Source of the DNA: Planctomycetota bacterium
GTDB lineage: Bacteria > Planctomycetota > UBA8108 > SXIK01
Assembly (NCBI GenBank): GCA_965223265.1
Contig: OZ244999.1
Coordinates: forward strand, 7,328,001 to 7,392,000
Reading direction: 5' to 3'
Length of the DNA stretch: 64,000 nt
Made by a program: the position numbers and the translations under genes. Of the stretch, positions 20,351 to 30,540 are shown piece after piece; within the stretch, counting starts at the first letter, position 1, and each line of letters begins with the position of its first letter. The notes under the pieces are model-generated. The model was not told where the DNA came from and made no database searches. It worked only from the letters and a program-made list of their open reading frames with translations.

Positions 20351-21370
20351 GTGAAGATCGTTTTTCTAGGCTCGGGCGGCTTCGCGGTCCCGATCCTCGA
20401 GCGCCTTCACGAGACCGCGCGAAGCGGCGACCTCGTCTTCGTCATCAGCCGACCGCCTACCCGCCGCGGTCGAGGTCGACGGGTGCAGCCGACGGAAGTG
20501 GCAGAGCGTGCCGAGGCGCTCGGACTGAAGTGCGATACGCCCGCGTCGGCGAACGACACGGCGTACCTCGACGACCTCGAAAAGCTCAACGCAGACCTCT
20601 TCATCGTCGCCGACTACGGCGAACTTCTCAGGCGTCGCATTCGTGAGCTACCGAGAATCGGTATTTTCAATCTCCACGGTTCGCTTCTGCCGCGTTACCG
20701 CGGCGCGGCCCCGGTCGCGCACGCGATTCTCAACGGCGAGATTCGAACCGGCGTGACGCTGTTTCGCATCGAGCGCGGGCTGGATAGCGGCCCGATTGTC
20801 GACACCGCTGGGCTGGAGATCGCGGCTGACGAGACCGCGGGCGAACTCGAAGCTCGGCTAGCGGTGCTCGCCGCTGACTTGCTAGCACGCAATCTCCCGC
20901 GGTTCGCCGACGGGTCGTTCACGGAGTCGCCTCAAGATGAGTCGCTGGCGACTGTGGCGCCTAAACTGAGAAAAAAGGACGGCGAAATCGATTGGTGCGC
21001 CAGCGCAGAGCGCATCGAACGCATGGCACGTGCTTACCAGCCATGGCCGGGCGCCTACAGTCACCTCTACGACAGTCGCGCCCCGCAGCGCACGACGTTT
21101 CGGCGCCTTCGCCCAGTCACACCCCAGCTCGGCGACGGCGAAAACGAAATCTCCGCCGATCTGAAACCAGGGTATGTCTGGATTCCTGACGGCAAAACTC
21201 TCAACATCGTCTGTGGCTCCGGTATCGTCAGAGTCGATGAGATTCAGCGAGCCGGGAAACCACCAATGAGTGCTGCCGCATATCTCAACGGCCAGCGCCT
21301 CAAGAGCGGCGACTACTTCTTCTCGCCGCCGGCTTCGTCCAACTCGAGAGAAAACAGCCTGCCGACGTGA
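20351..21370 (+). CDS. fmt: Methionyl-tRNA formyltransferase
   Basis: KIVFLGSGGFA, NLHGSLLPRYRGAAP, TGVT, LDSGP, PWPGA. Confidence 0.95.
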   Translation: MKIVFLGSGGFAVPILERLHETARSGDLVFVISRPPTRRGRGRRVQPTEVAERAEALGLKCDTPASANDTAYLDDLEKLNADLFIVADYGELLRRRIRELPRIGIFNLHGSLLPRYRGAAPVAHAILNGEIRTGVTLFRIERGLDSGPIVDTAGLEIAADETAGELEARLAVLAADLLARNLPRFADGSFTESPQDESLATVAPKLRKKDGEIDWCASAERIERMARAYQPWPGAYSHLYDSRAPQRTTFRRLRPVTPQLGDGENEISADLKPGYVWIPDGKTLNIVCGSGIVRVDEIQRAGKPPMSAAAYLNGQRLKSGDYFFSPPASSNSRENSLPT

Positions 21371-22815
21371 GCGAAACCACCCCACCGCAAAAATCGCAAA
21401 CCGAAGCGGCCGCTCCAGACGGACGAGTCGAAGTCAGACGACGGGCCATCACGCTTCTCGTCGAAGCGGAGTCGACGCATCAATTCATCGACGACATACT
21501 CGCGCGCACGATCCATCAAGTCGACGAGCGCAACCGCACTCTTCTGCAGGAGATCGTCTACGGTGTCGTGCGCCATATGGCGACGCTCGACGCCATCCTC
21601 GGTTTTTACCTCAAAGTTCCCGTTACCAAGCAGCGCCCCGCCGTGCGCGCGGCGCTTCGTGTCGGGGCCTATCAATCTGTGTTCCTCTCGAGAATCCCGG
21701 CACACGCCGCAGTCTATCAAACAGTCGAAGGACTGAAACGTCTCGACACCTCCGGCGCTCGAGCGGTCGGATTCGCCAACGCCGTGCTGCACCGGCTCAG
21801 CGACGATGTGCTCCGCAAGCAATCGGATCCACCGCTCGACCCGGACGATCCGGCGGTCCTACCGATTCGCCGCGGGTACTGCTTTCTTCGGCGTCCGGTC
21901 TTGCCACTCGTTCGCCTAGATCGCGTTGGACATGTCGCCCTCAAGTATTCGCATCCCAAATGGCTCGTTGCCGCCTGGATCGAACGCTTCGGCGAAGAAG
22001 AGGCGCGTGAGCTGTGCGCCGCCGGAAACACTGTGCCACCCGTCGGCGCCCGCATCACCAAAAAGGCGCCAAGTCGGCAAGAGGTCATGGCGAGCCTGCA
22101 GGCAGACGGCGTCGACGCAGAGTGCGGTGCCCTCGAGAACTCGATTCGCATCTGGCGCAGCGGCCATCTGGCACGAGCGAGCGCGCTGCAGAAGGGATGG
22201 CTCCAGGTTCAAGACGAAACAGCGATTCAAATCGGCGCGGTCCTCAAGCCACCGGCGGGGGCCCGCGTCCTCGATCTCTGCGCCGCCCCGGGAGGCAAGG
22301 CGATGCAGCTTTTGGAGCGTCTCGAGGGGGAAGGCCACTTAGTCGCGGTCGATCGACGCGAGGAAAGGCTCTCGTTGCTACGGTCGAATCTCGACAAGGT
22401 GAACGGCTCCTACAGTGTCGTCGAGGCTCCAGAGGATCCGAGTCAGTTAGATCTTGGCGAGACGTTCACCCACATCATCGTCGACGCGCCCTGCTCCAAC
22501 ACCGGTGTCCTCGCCAGGCGCCCCGAGGCGCGTTGGCGCCTTCGCCGCAGCGACTTCGAGAATCTCGCCAAGCTGCAGCGATCTCTACTCGACGCCGCAT
22601 ACCGCCACCTACGGCCGGGTGGCAAACTTCTTTACTCGACGTGCTCGATCGAGTCCATCGAAAACGAAACCGTGGTCGCAGAGTTCGTCGCTGCGCACCC
22701 AGACCTCACCGAGCTCGAGACCAAGCTCTTTCTCCCGCACCGCACGCCCGGCGACGGGGGTTTCTACAGTCTGCTCCTGAGGGCGCGGGACGGCGAGATG
22801 TCGCTCGGATCGTAG
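21367..22815 (+). CDS. rsmB: 16S rRNA m5C967 methyltransferase (NusB-like N-terminus plus RsmB domain)
   Basis: SHPKWLV, VQDE, LDLCAAPGGK, DAPCSNTG, YSTCS..EN; follows fmt. Confidence 0.9.
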   Translation: MSETTPPQKSQTEAAAPDGRVEVRRRAITLLVEAESTHQFIDDILARTIHQVDERNRTLLQEIVYGVVRHMATLDAILGFYLKVPVTKQRPAVRAALRVGAYQSVFLSRIPAHAAVYQTVEGLKRLDTSGARAVGFANAVLHRLSDDVLRKQSDPPLDPDDPAVLPIRRGYCFLRRPVLPLVRLDRVGHVALKYSHPKWLVAAWIERFGEEEARELCAAGNTVPPVGARITKKAPSRQEVMASLQADGVDAECGALENSIRIWRSGHLARASALQKGWLQVQDETAIQIGAVLKPPAGARVLDLCAAPGGKAMQLLERLEGEGHLVAVDRREERLSLLRSNLDKVNGSYSVVEAPEDPSQLDLGETFTHIIVDAPCSNTGVLARRPEARWRLRRSDFENLAKLQRSLLDAAYRHLRPGGKLLYSTCSIESIENETVVAEFVAAHPDLTELETKLFLPHRTPGDGGFYSLLLRARDGEMSLGS

Positions 22816-22991
22816 CGGCCCGTGCACCAGATCTGTTGGCGTTGCGACTTTCGCTTTCGCCGCCGTTGGGGTCGAGTTCGGGTCGCGCTGCAATGGCGAC
22901 CGAGATTTCCCACTCCACCTGGAAGTTCGTGAGTAGAATCGGCGGTACGCAACGTTTCGATTGCTCCAGAACCAACATGTTCCCACCGTCC

Positions 22992-23897
22992 ATGAATGCC
23001 ACCACTGCAACGCTGACCGTTTTTCTTTCCCTGATGATGGCGACACCGTCAACGGCGCAGGATGCGCTCGACGTTCGCGTCATGTCATTCAATATCCGCT
23101 ACGGCACGGCCAAAGACGGTGAGAACCATTGGCAGAAGCGCCGTGATCTCGTCTTCGAGCTGCTGCGACAGGAGAAGTGCGACGTTCTTGCTCTCCAGGA
23201 AGTGCTGCGTTTTCAGATGGACGAACTCCTCGCAGCCCTACCCGACTATGCAGCAGTTGGCGTCGGGCGAGATGACGGCAAAGCAGGCGGCGAACATGCG
23301 GCGATTCTCTATCGCAAGAGCCGTTTCGAGGCGCTCGAGAATGCGACGTTCTGGCTCTCTGAGACTCCGGAGATGCCTGGGTCCAAAAGCTGGGGTAGTG
23401 CGCACACCCGCATTTGCACCTGGGCGCGGCTGCGCTCTAAAGCGAGCGGCAAAGGCTTCCTCGTCTTCAATGTCCACCTCGACAACAAGAGTCGTGCTTC
23501 ACGAATTCATTCCGCTCAGCTCATCGCCGAACGCATCGACGCCGTCTCCGACGGCAGCGATCCGGTGATTCTTGCAGGGGATTTCAACGCCGCCGAAGAT
23601 TCACAACCAATGATGTTTCTGCGCGGCGAAGTGCCAGCTGTCGACTCTTCGCGTCTTCTGCAAGCACCCTGGGTGGATACCTTTCGCGCCCGGCATCCTG
23701 ACACGCAGCCGGCTGGAACCTTCAACGGCTTTGTCGGCGACCGCGACGGTGCCAAGATCGACTACATCCTCACGCGCAGCCGGCGAGCCTACGTGCGCGA
23801 GGCCTACATCCTCGATTGGCAAAAGCGCGGTCGCTACCCGTCCGATCACTTTCCCGTTGTCGCCCACTTGGTCCTCGGAGCGTGGCGCACAAGCTAG
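22992..23897 (+). CDS. Secreted endonuclease/exonuclease/phosphatase family protein
   Basis: Signal peptide, MSFNIRY, LQE, NVHLD, GDFNA, IDYI, SDHFPV; the TAG stop overlaps the MITE TA flank. Confidence 0.92.
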   Translation: MNATTATLTVFLSLMMATPSTAQDALDVRVMSFNIRYGTAKDGENHWQKRRDLVFELLRQEKCDVLALQEVLRFQMDELLAALPDYAAVGVGRDDGKAGGEHAAILYRKSRFEALENATFWLSETPEMPGSKSWGSAHTRICTWARLRSKASGKGFLVFNVHLDNKSRASRIHSAQLIAERIDAVSDGSDPVILAGDFNAAEDSQPMMFLRGEVPAVDSSRLLQAPWVDTFRARHPDTQPAGTFNGFVGDRDGAKIDYILTRSRRAYVREAYILDWQKRGRYPSDHFPVVAHLVLGAWRTS

Positions 23898-24076
23898 CAG
23901 CCCGTTGAAAAAGTCATTCGGCTGAGAAACCGGCCTCTTCACGCCCAGATCAGCCGCGGCGAGCCTCGCCGTGTATATCTTATAGAAGAGGGCTCGGAGA
24001 TTACCTGCGTTCGCCGCGGCTGATCTGGACGCGAAGCGACCAGTTTTCAGCTCGAAGCACTTTTTCAACAGGCTGC
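23897..24076. mobile_element. MITE family 2, stand-alone copy
   Basis: TA-GCAGCCCGTTGAAAAAGT...ACTTTTTCAACAGGCTGC-TA; perfect 18-bp inner stem CCAGATCAGCCGCGGCGA/TCGCCGCGGCTGATCTGG. Confidence 0.88.
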
Positions 24077-24203
24077 TAAGCGTAGAGCACGCGCAGCAAG
24101 CTGCGCGCGTCGGAAAGTTCTCACAGCGACGGTGCCGGGCGGGAATGGATCGCACCTCGCCGTCGTCGTTGAGGCAGGCAGACGGACGGATCAAGCCGCC
24201 CGT

Positions 24204-25199
24204 TCAGCTTTGCGTCTGAACCGCGGCCGACGCTGGCTTCTCCCGCCCTTGAGGAACCGGTTCGTTGAGTAGTCGCTTGACGACGCGTTCGAGCGCGGCG
24301 TAGTCCTTGTATCCAGAGAACTTCTCCTTGATCGTGCCGTCGCGCCCGATGAAGAAGGTCGTGGGAAAAGCCTGGACGTCGATTGCAGTCAGGCGAGCAT
24401 AACTCAGCAGTGACAAACGGTAGTTGATGGCTTGTTGGCGAGAAAAACGCTCGATCCGAGTACGGATCGCTTCGTTCGGTTCGCTGTTCTCCCAGGTCAA
24501 GCCGATGATGTCCAGTCCTTCGTCACCGTACTCTCTTTGCAGCCGCACGAAGTGCGGGAGCTCCATGCGACACGGAGGGCACCAGGTTCCCCAGACATCG
24601 ACGATGACGACCTTGCCCTCGAAGTCTTTCTTATCGATCACCTTGCCGTGGATATCCTTTAGACCGTAGGCCATCTCGGCAAGCTCACGTCGTGCCTTGT
24701 CCACTATAGTCACAAATCGTGGATCGCTTCGCAGCGAGCCAAAACCGGGATCAAGCCGAAGCGACTGGGCGTTCCAGAGTCCATGTTCAACGGCTGCTTC
24801 CAGTGCCTCGAACGCTTCTTTGGGTTGACCAAGCCGCGCGAGGTTCGAACCCTTGAGGCGAAAAATCATGGCGCGGTTCGCATCCAATCCCCCGCCTTCT
24901 GCATGCGGCAAGCCGCTCAAAAGGTCATCGAAGACGCGGTTCGCCTGCTCGAACTCCTCGGCCTCCATGTGTCTCGACGCAGTTTGAAACAACAACTGAA
25001 GGCGCTCCACTTCTGCCGCGGTCAACTCGCGCGGCTTCTCTTTCTCTGCCTCCGCGGTCCCGGCTGGCGCTGCACTCGCCGACGTCGACTTCTCGGCGTT
25101 GGGATCGGCACGAAGCGAAGAACCGCCGATCGCGGCGCAAAACGCAGCGACAAGTGGCAGAAAGAACAGACAGGTGACGTATGGGCGGCGGCAGTTCAT
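24204..25199 (-). CDS. Exported TPR plus TlpA-like thiol-disulfide oxidoreductase
   Basis: Signal peptide, TPR-like helices, GKVVIVDVWGTWCPPCRMELP, FPTTFFI. Confidence 0.88.
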   Translation of the reverse strand: MNCRRPYVTCLFFLPLVAAFCAAIGGSSLRADPNAEKSTSASAAPAGTAEAEKEKPRELTAAEVERLQLLFQTASRHMEAEEFEQANRVFDDLLSGLPHAEGGGLDANRAMIFRLKGSNLARLGQPKEAFEALEAAVEHGLWNAQSLRLDPGFGSLRSDPRFVTIVDKARRELAEMAYGLKDIHGKVIDKKDFEGKVVIVDVWGTWCPPCRMELPHFVRLQREYGDEGLDIIGLTWENSEPNEAIRTRIERFSRQQAINYRLSLLSYARLTAIDVQAFPTTFFIGRDGTIKEKFSGYKDYAALERVVKRLLNEPVPQGREKPASAAVQTQS

Positions 25200-25439
25200 G
25201 GGTTCTCCGGAGGAGTTGGGGTGCGGAAGAGTGAGGTTTCCCCACTTTTATAACGGCTGCGGACGCCCAGGAGTGCCGCTTTTTTCCGTGACGCGCCGAG
25301 TCCGCAGCTCCAAACCAGGGCCTATCACCTGGTTAGGGCATGCCGCCGGGGTGCGGCGGCGCAGAAAAGCGGAACACCAGAAAGCCGCCTGCCGCGACGC
25401 TGCTGTCACCGGCTGGCAATGTGACCAGGCGCCTTCTTC

Positions 25440-26327
25440 CTAACAGCCCGTCTTCGCGGTCGCCGAGACGCCGTAGGTCTCCTTGTCGGCGGGGAATCGC
25501 GCCGACATCACGTCGGCTCGGTAGGCTTCAAGCGCTGACACCGCTTGCTCAAAGACGTTGAGGTAAGCGCGCACGAACTTCGGCGGCCGACCCGGCAGTA
25601 GACCAAGAAGATCGCTGAGGACAAGAATCTGACCGTCGCAGTGAACCCCGGCGCCGATGCCGATGGTCGGAATCGACAGCCGCAGCGTCAGTTCTTCGGC
25701 GAGCGCCTGCGGAATACCCTCGAGAACGAGAGCAAACACGCCAGCCTCTTCCAGTGCAACCGCGTCGTCAACGATCGCGCGTGCCTCTGCGGGTGCCTTG
25801 CCCTGAACGCGATAGCCGCCCATCGCGTGCACTGACTGCGGTGTGAGCCCGATGTGCCCAAGAACCGGTACGCCATTGGCGACGAGGCGTTCGACGAGCG
25901 GAGCACGAAGGCTTCCGCCCTCGAGCTTGATCGCCACGGCGCCCGATTTGACGTAGTCGATCGCACGCTCAACGGCGCTGTCTTCGTCGGCTTGATACGT
26001 GCCGAACGGCATGTCCATGACCAGGAGCGGATGCACCACCGCGCGCGCTACTGCCCTGAGCGCGACCAGCATTTCCTCATGGCTCACTGGCAGTGTGTTT
26101 CGGTAGCCAAGCGCTGTGTTGGCAAGACTATCGCCGACGAGCACCAAATCCATGCCCGCGTAGTCAGCGAGCAGGCCGGAAGGATAGTCGTACGCAGTCA
26201 CGGCGACGATCTTTCGCCCGTTCTCCTTGTAGCGCTGCAGCAGCGGCACCGTCACTTTGCTGCGCTCCGCCCCGCGGCGCCCGTCGCCACCGATTCCACG
26301 CTGACGCGGATCCTGTTGCGCACTCAT
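25440..26327 (-). CDS. panB: 3-methyl-2-oxobutanoate hydroxymethyltransferase
   Basis: TAYDY, LVGDSL, DMPFG, KLEGG, GHIGLTPQS, TIGIGAG..CDGQILV. Confidence 0.96.
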   Translation of the reverse strand: MSAQQDPRQRGIGGDGRRGAERSKVTVPLLQRYKENGRKIVAVTAYDYPSGLLADYAGMDLVLVGDSLANTALGYRNTLPVSHEEMLVALRAVARAVVHPLLVMDMPFGTYQADEDSAVERAIDYVKSGAVAIKLEGGSLRAPLVERLVANGVPVLGHIGLTPQSVHAMGGYRVQGKAPAEARAIVDDAVALEEAGVFALVLEGIPQALAEELTLRLSIPTIGIGAGVHCDGQILVLSDLLGLLPGRPPKFVRAYLNVFEQAVSALEAYRADVMSARFPADKETYGVSATAKTGC

Positions 26328-26532
26328 GTCTTTCGAGCTCCTGAACGCCGTTCTAACAACGGGCTTCACCTTGAGGGACGACCGAGGGCGGATCGAACGA
26401 ATCGTGGATCAGATGCGATCACCCACCGCGTTGAGGCAGACACCTCGGTGCGATCGTCGGGCGCCAGAGCGTAGAGCCCCGGAGCCAAACCGGTCCAGGG
26501 AGCAGGATACGCATCCGACACATATTCAGCCA

Positions 26533-26570
26533 ATAAATAGTTGATATGAGTAACCATAGGATCTATCAAT
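26533..26570. promoter_or_regulatory. Tandem LysR-type T-N11-A boxes between panB and the LysR gene
   Basis: ATAAATAGTTGATAT and ATAGGATCTATCAAT, starts 23 bp apart, in an AT-rich patch. Confidence 0.5.
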
Positions 26571-26630
26571 ACATCGTGCCGATGCGGCTGGCTATGGCCC
26601 CACGAAGGTACGACTCCAGGAATTGATCGC

Positions 26631-27497
26631 ATGGACCTTCATAAGCTCAAGGGATTTCATGCCGTGGCGCGTTACGGCGGCTTCACTGCCGCGGCGAGAC
26701 GACTAGGGCTCACGCAGCCGACGCTCAGCCTTCAGGTCAAGGCGCTGGAAACCGAACTCGGGACACGCCTGCTCGAGCGCGCGGCTCGAGGCGTGCAGCT
26801 GACTCCCGAAGGGGAGGTTCTCTTCGATCGAGCTTCGCGCCTCCTGGACGCCGAGGCGGAAATCGACTCGCTCTTTAGCGACCGCACGCGATTCTCGTCG
26901 GCTCGCTTCGCAATCGCGACGAACCAGTCCATCGCGGCTCACATCTTGCCGAAGCGACTGGAAGTCTTCACCGGACGCTTTCCCAACGTGGAAGTCAACA
27001 TCCACAACATGCGGACCGCGGACATTCTCGCCGCCGTGCACGACAACACCATCGACATCGGCATCATTCTGATCGACCCGCGGGACACAGGACTGGTCGC
27101 CCACAGCGTACTGCCTTACGAGATGGTACTCGTGACGCCCCGCGATCACCCACTAAGCCTCAAGCGCCGCGTCACGCTAGCCGACATCGCCGAACATCCC
27201 TTCATCTCTTATACGAAAGACACCGAAACCCGCCAACTCATCGACCAGCCGTTCGAAAACGAGCGGCGCCAAGTCGCGGTCAAGATGGCGCTGGGCAGCA
27301 CGGATCTCATCATAACGTACGTCAGTTTGGGGTACGGGATCGCGATCATCCACAACCTCAACATCGACGAGGCGGATCGGGCACACCTACATGTGCGGCC
27401 GCTCAAGCGGTACTATCGACGGCAATACATACACCTCGTTTACCGCAGCGATGAGTCACTCAGCGCCGTCGCACGTTCCTTCGTCGAGCTCTTCTGA
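26631..27497 (+). CDS. LysR-family transcriptional regulator
   Basis: FTAAARRLGLTQPTLSLQVKALE.ELG..LLER; substrate-binding domain. Confidence 0.95.
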   Translation: MDLHKLKGFHAVARYGGFTAAARRLGLTQPTLSLQVKALETELGTRLLERAARGVQLTPEGEVLFDRASRLLDAEAEIDSLFSDRTRFSSARFAIATNQSIAAHILPKRLEVFTGRFPNVEVNIHNMRTADILAAVHDNTIDIGIILIDPRDTGLVAHSVLPYEMVLVTPRDHPLSLKRRVTLADIAEHPFISYTKDTETRQLIDQPFENERRQVAVKMALGSTDLIITYVSLGYGIAIIHNLNIDEADRAHLHVRPLKRYYRRQYIHLVYRSDESLSAVARSFVELF

Positions 27498-27703
27498 AGG
27501 CCGCAAGGCCGCGCAGCCTCGTCGCGCGCGAGAGTTGCTTTTCCTTCGCTTCCGCCGCCCTTTTGCGGCATTAATATTGACCGGAACACGTCGCTCGCGA
27601 CGCGTGCCTCGCCTCACCAAAGATTTCGGCGCCGCGACGTGCGGGCGCCTGTGCACGAACTCCGACCGATCGCACGACAAATCGCCCTACGAGTCAGCGA
27701 CAC

Positions 27704-29035
27704 ATGATGTCTACATCGACCTTCGACACGAACGTAACGTGTGTCGTTATGGGTGGAGGCGCGGGATCACGCCTTTATCCGCTCACCCACCTGCGCAGCA
27801 AGCCCGCAGTTCCGCTCGGCGGCAAGTACCGCCTCATCGATATTCCGATCTCCAACTGCATCAACTCAGGTTTGCGGCGCATATTCATCCTCACGCAATA
27901 CAACTCGACATCACTCCACACCCACATTTCGAGCAGCTATCATTTCGATCGCTTCTCGAAAGCCTTCATCGAGATTCTCGCCGCCCAGCAGTCACCACAG
28001 TACACCGTGGAACACTCGTGGTACGAAGGCACCGCCGACGCGGTGCGCAAAAACATCGTGCGTTTGAAAGAAGCGGGCGGCGACGAGGTGCTGATTCTCT
28101 CCGGCGATCAAATCTACCAGATGAATTTTCAGGAGATTCTACGATCACACCGCGGTTCTGTAGCGAACGATCAACAAGCCTCCGATGTCACGATCGCGGC
28201 GATGCTCGTCAAGAAGGAGCAAGCACGGCAGCTCGGCATCATGAAAATCGACCGCACGGGACGAGTCGTCGCGTTCATCGAGAAGCCGGGCGAGCGCGAT
28301 GATCTGTTTGAAGGGCTGGAAGCATCGCCGGGCGACCTCGATCGCTTCGGCTTGAGCCCGGATGAAGGCGACTACTACTTCGCCAACATGGGGATTTACG
28401 TCTTCAATCGTCGGCGCTTGGAGGCGGCGCTCGAGAACGACTTCTCCGACTTTGGCCGCCAGGTACTCCCTGCGATGCTACGCCAGTGTCAAGTCAGAGC
28501 GCACCCCTTTCATGGCTACTGGGAAGACATCGGAACCATCGGCGCATTCCACCAGGCCAACCTCGAACTCGGCGGCGCCGTACCGCGGTTTAATTTCTAC
28601 CTCGAGGAAAACCCGATTTACACGCGCGCCCGACTCTTGCCGGCGTCGAAGATTCAGAACGCGATCATCACCAGGTCGCTGGTGTCAGACGGCTGCCTGA
28701 TCGAGCAGGCGACGATTGAAGACTCCCTCATTGGCCTCAGGTCGACGGTGGGGCCAGGTTGCGAGATCCGCCGTACCTACGTGATGGGAATGGATTACTA
28801 CGAAACCGAAGAAGAGCGTGAAGAGGATCGGGTGGCGGCGCTCCCGAACGTCGGCATCGGCGCCGATTGCACGATCGAAAACGCAATCATCGACAAGAAC
28901 GCGCGGGTCGGGCGCGGCGTTCGCCTGCTCAACACTAAAGGCCATAAGACGTACGAGGACGGGTACGTCATCGTACGCGACGGCATCGTCGTCGTTCCCC
29001 GCGGCGGCGTCGTGCCAGACGGCTACGAGTTTTGA
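27704..29035 (+). CDS. glgC: Glucose-1-phosphate adenylyltransferase
   Basis: GGGAGSRLYPLT..RSKPAVPLGGKYRLIDIPISNC, GTADAVR, ILSGDQ, EKP, YWEDIGT, AIIDKNAR. Confidence 0.96.
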   Translation: MMSTSTFDTNVTCVVMGGGAGSRLYPLTHLRSKPAVPLGGKYRLIDIPISNCINSGLRRIFILTQYNSTSLHTHISSSYHFDRFSKAFIEILAAQQSPQYTVEHSWYEGTADAVRKNIVRLKEAGGDEVLILSGDQIYQMNFQEILRSHRGSVANDQQASDVTIAAMLVKKEQARQLGIMKIDRTGRVVAFIEKPGERDDLFEGLEASPGDLDRFGLSPDEGDYYFANMGIYVFNRRRLEAALENDFSDFGRQVLPAMLRQCQVRAHPFHGYWEDIGTIGAFHQANLELGGAVPRFNFYLEENPIYTRARLLPASKIQNAIITRSLVSDGCLIEQATIEDSLIGLRSTVGPGCEIRRTYVMGMDYYETEEEREEDRVAALPNVGIGADCTIENAIIDKNARVGRGVRLLNTKGHKTYEDGYVIVRDGIVVVPRGGVVPDGYEF

Positions 29036-29173
29036 TTTCCCACGTCGGCAGTGCCCACGGAGGCGGAACTGGACTGCAGGCGGGCCGCGCGCGTGCGGCC
29101 GCGACTCGAAACGCCGCTGCTGACGCCCTCTTCGCCGTTCTTGCTTGTCATTCCTGCATCGTTGGGGTCTGCG

Positions 29174-30496
29174 TCAGACGCCGCGGCAAGCGTCGCCATT
29201 GACGTCGGCCATGTCGGACGCAAGACCGCGGATCCGTTGTCGCAGATTCTCGAGCTCGGCACGCTCCGCTTCGATCTGTTCTCGCACCGCCGCCGCGTGC
29301 AAACGTCGCGAGCGCATCGCCTTGAGCCAGGCATATGGCTGCAGCAGAGCTCGCACCTGGATTCGGCTGCGATTTTTGCCGTCACGCCCCTGACCGCCAC
29401 TCTGGACACCATTCTGAACACCATTCTGAACACCATTCTGAACACCAGCGTGCGGCTCGTCCGCAGTTCTGGGTCGATTCCCCCGATTCAAGGACCCCTG
29501 TGCCACGCGCGCCCGCTCGATACTTTTCTCGAGGTCGCTGGTGACGGTTGCCAAGTCGCGCAAAAAGTCGTGGCGCCTCTTCTCGGGCGTACTGCTTTCT
29601 GCATTGTCGGAGTCTCCACGCGAGGCCCGAGTCGCCTCGACGGCCAATCGCGCTGTGAGCTCGCCCACGGCGCAGCGCAGACTCGAGATACAAGCACGCT
29701 CCAAAGACCTCAGGCTCGCCGCCGCTGCCGCTCGCTCCTCTGCGAAACAGCGTCCCAGAAGTCGACTCTCCGCCTCGATCGAACGAGAAGCGCCGACGGC
29801 TTGCTGGCACTGCGCAACTGCTTCGTCACTTACACGCTGTAATGCCGCCAGGGACTGCGCTTGCAGTCGCTTCAAGACCTCGGCCGCAGCGCGGCGCTCT
29901 GCCACCAGCGATTGTCCCAAAAGCCGACTATCGGTTTCCAGCGTAGCGCGAAGGTCCGCAACCTCCGCGCAGCGCAGCCCGAGGTGCCGCAGTTCGGTCT
30001 CTATGCGCTGGAGGACGTCGTCACGTACCGCCAGCTCTCTCTCCACGACCTCTGCCTGAACGCGAACGGCCCGCTCAAGAGGTTCAAGGCGTTCTTCCAA
30101 CGCGCGCTCAATTCGTGTCAGCCTCTCGCTGACTGCATGGCTCACGCTACGCTCGACGCCGCACTCGAGGTCGCGAACCGCGCGCTGAATGACGTCGACC
30201 ACCTCGTGGCGACTCCAGCGGCTGTCGCGAAAGAACAAACGAGCGAGACTCCACCCACGACCGCGGCCTCGTCCCTGTGACGCGAGACTCTGGCTAAGCA
30301 TCGAGGACGCGCCTTGAATGCCAGGCGCGCCGCCCGACGGGGGCGAAGTACCGAAGGCGGCACTCGACTCCGGCGATCGGCGGTTGACGTGGGCGTCCGC
30401 ACCATCGTTATCGTTACGGACGAGCTCGGCGCCGGAGCGACACAGAGAAGCGCCATCCGTCTCGACGCCAGCCACGCCGTTTCGTGAGGTCCTCAT
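29174..30496 (-). CDS. Hypothetical coiled-coil protein with internal repeats
   Basis: Long helical E/R/L/A-rich ORF; GAGGA upstream of ATG 30496; duplicated SRLLG...ER.AAA segment. Confidence 0.6.
   Translation of the reverse strand: MRTSRNGVAGVETDGASLCRSGAELVRNDNDGADAHVNRRSPESSAAFGTSPPSGGAPGIQGASSMLSQSLASQGRGRGRGWSLARLFFRDSRWSRHEVVDVIQRAVRDLECGVERSVSHAVSERLTRIERALEERLEPLERAVRVQAEVVERELAVRDDVLQRIETELRHLGLRCAEVADLRATLETDSRLLGQSLVAERRAAAEVLKRLQAQSLAALQRVSDEAVAQCQQAVGASRSIEAESRLLGRCFAEERAAAAASLRSLERACISSLRCAVGELTARLAVEATRASRGDSDNAESSTPEKRRHDFLRDLATVTSDLEKSIERARVAQGSLNRGNRPRTADEPHAGVQNGVQNGVQNGVQSGGQGRDGKNRSRIQVRALLQPYAWLKAMRSRRLHAAAVREQIEAERAELENLRQRIRGLASDMADVNGDACRGV
29401..29447. repeat. 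12-bp tandem repeat, about 4 copies (TCTGAACACCAT), encoding (GVQN)3-GVQS on the minus strand
   Basis: Direct reading of the sequence. Confidence 0.9.
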
Positions 30497-30540
30497 GGGT
30501 ATCTCTTCAATTCCTCTCTTCGCGTCCTGAGCAGCGCTCA

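Noticed and set aside
22014-22991. Apparent 627-aa and 538-aa ORFs (EEP from 22014; fmt from 19754)
   Set aside because: The extensions overlap rsmB or scpA in another frame and are not protein-like; real starts are near 22992 and 20351
25440-25451. CTAACAGCCCGT (and ACAGCCTGTTGA at 37684) resembling the element 2 end
   Set aside because: Only about 12 nt, with no matching body or opposite TIR
29401-29447. Possible CRISPR array (also considered 61559-61720)
   Set aside because: Contiguous tandem repeats without spacers, and no cas genes
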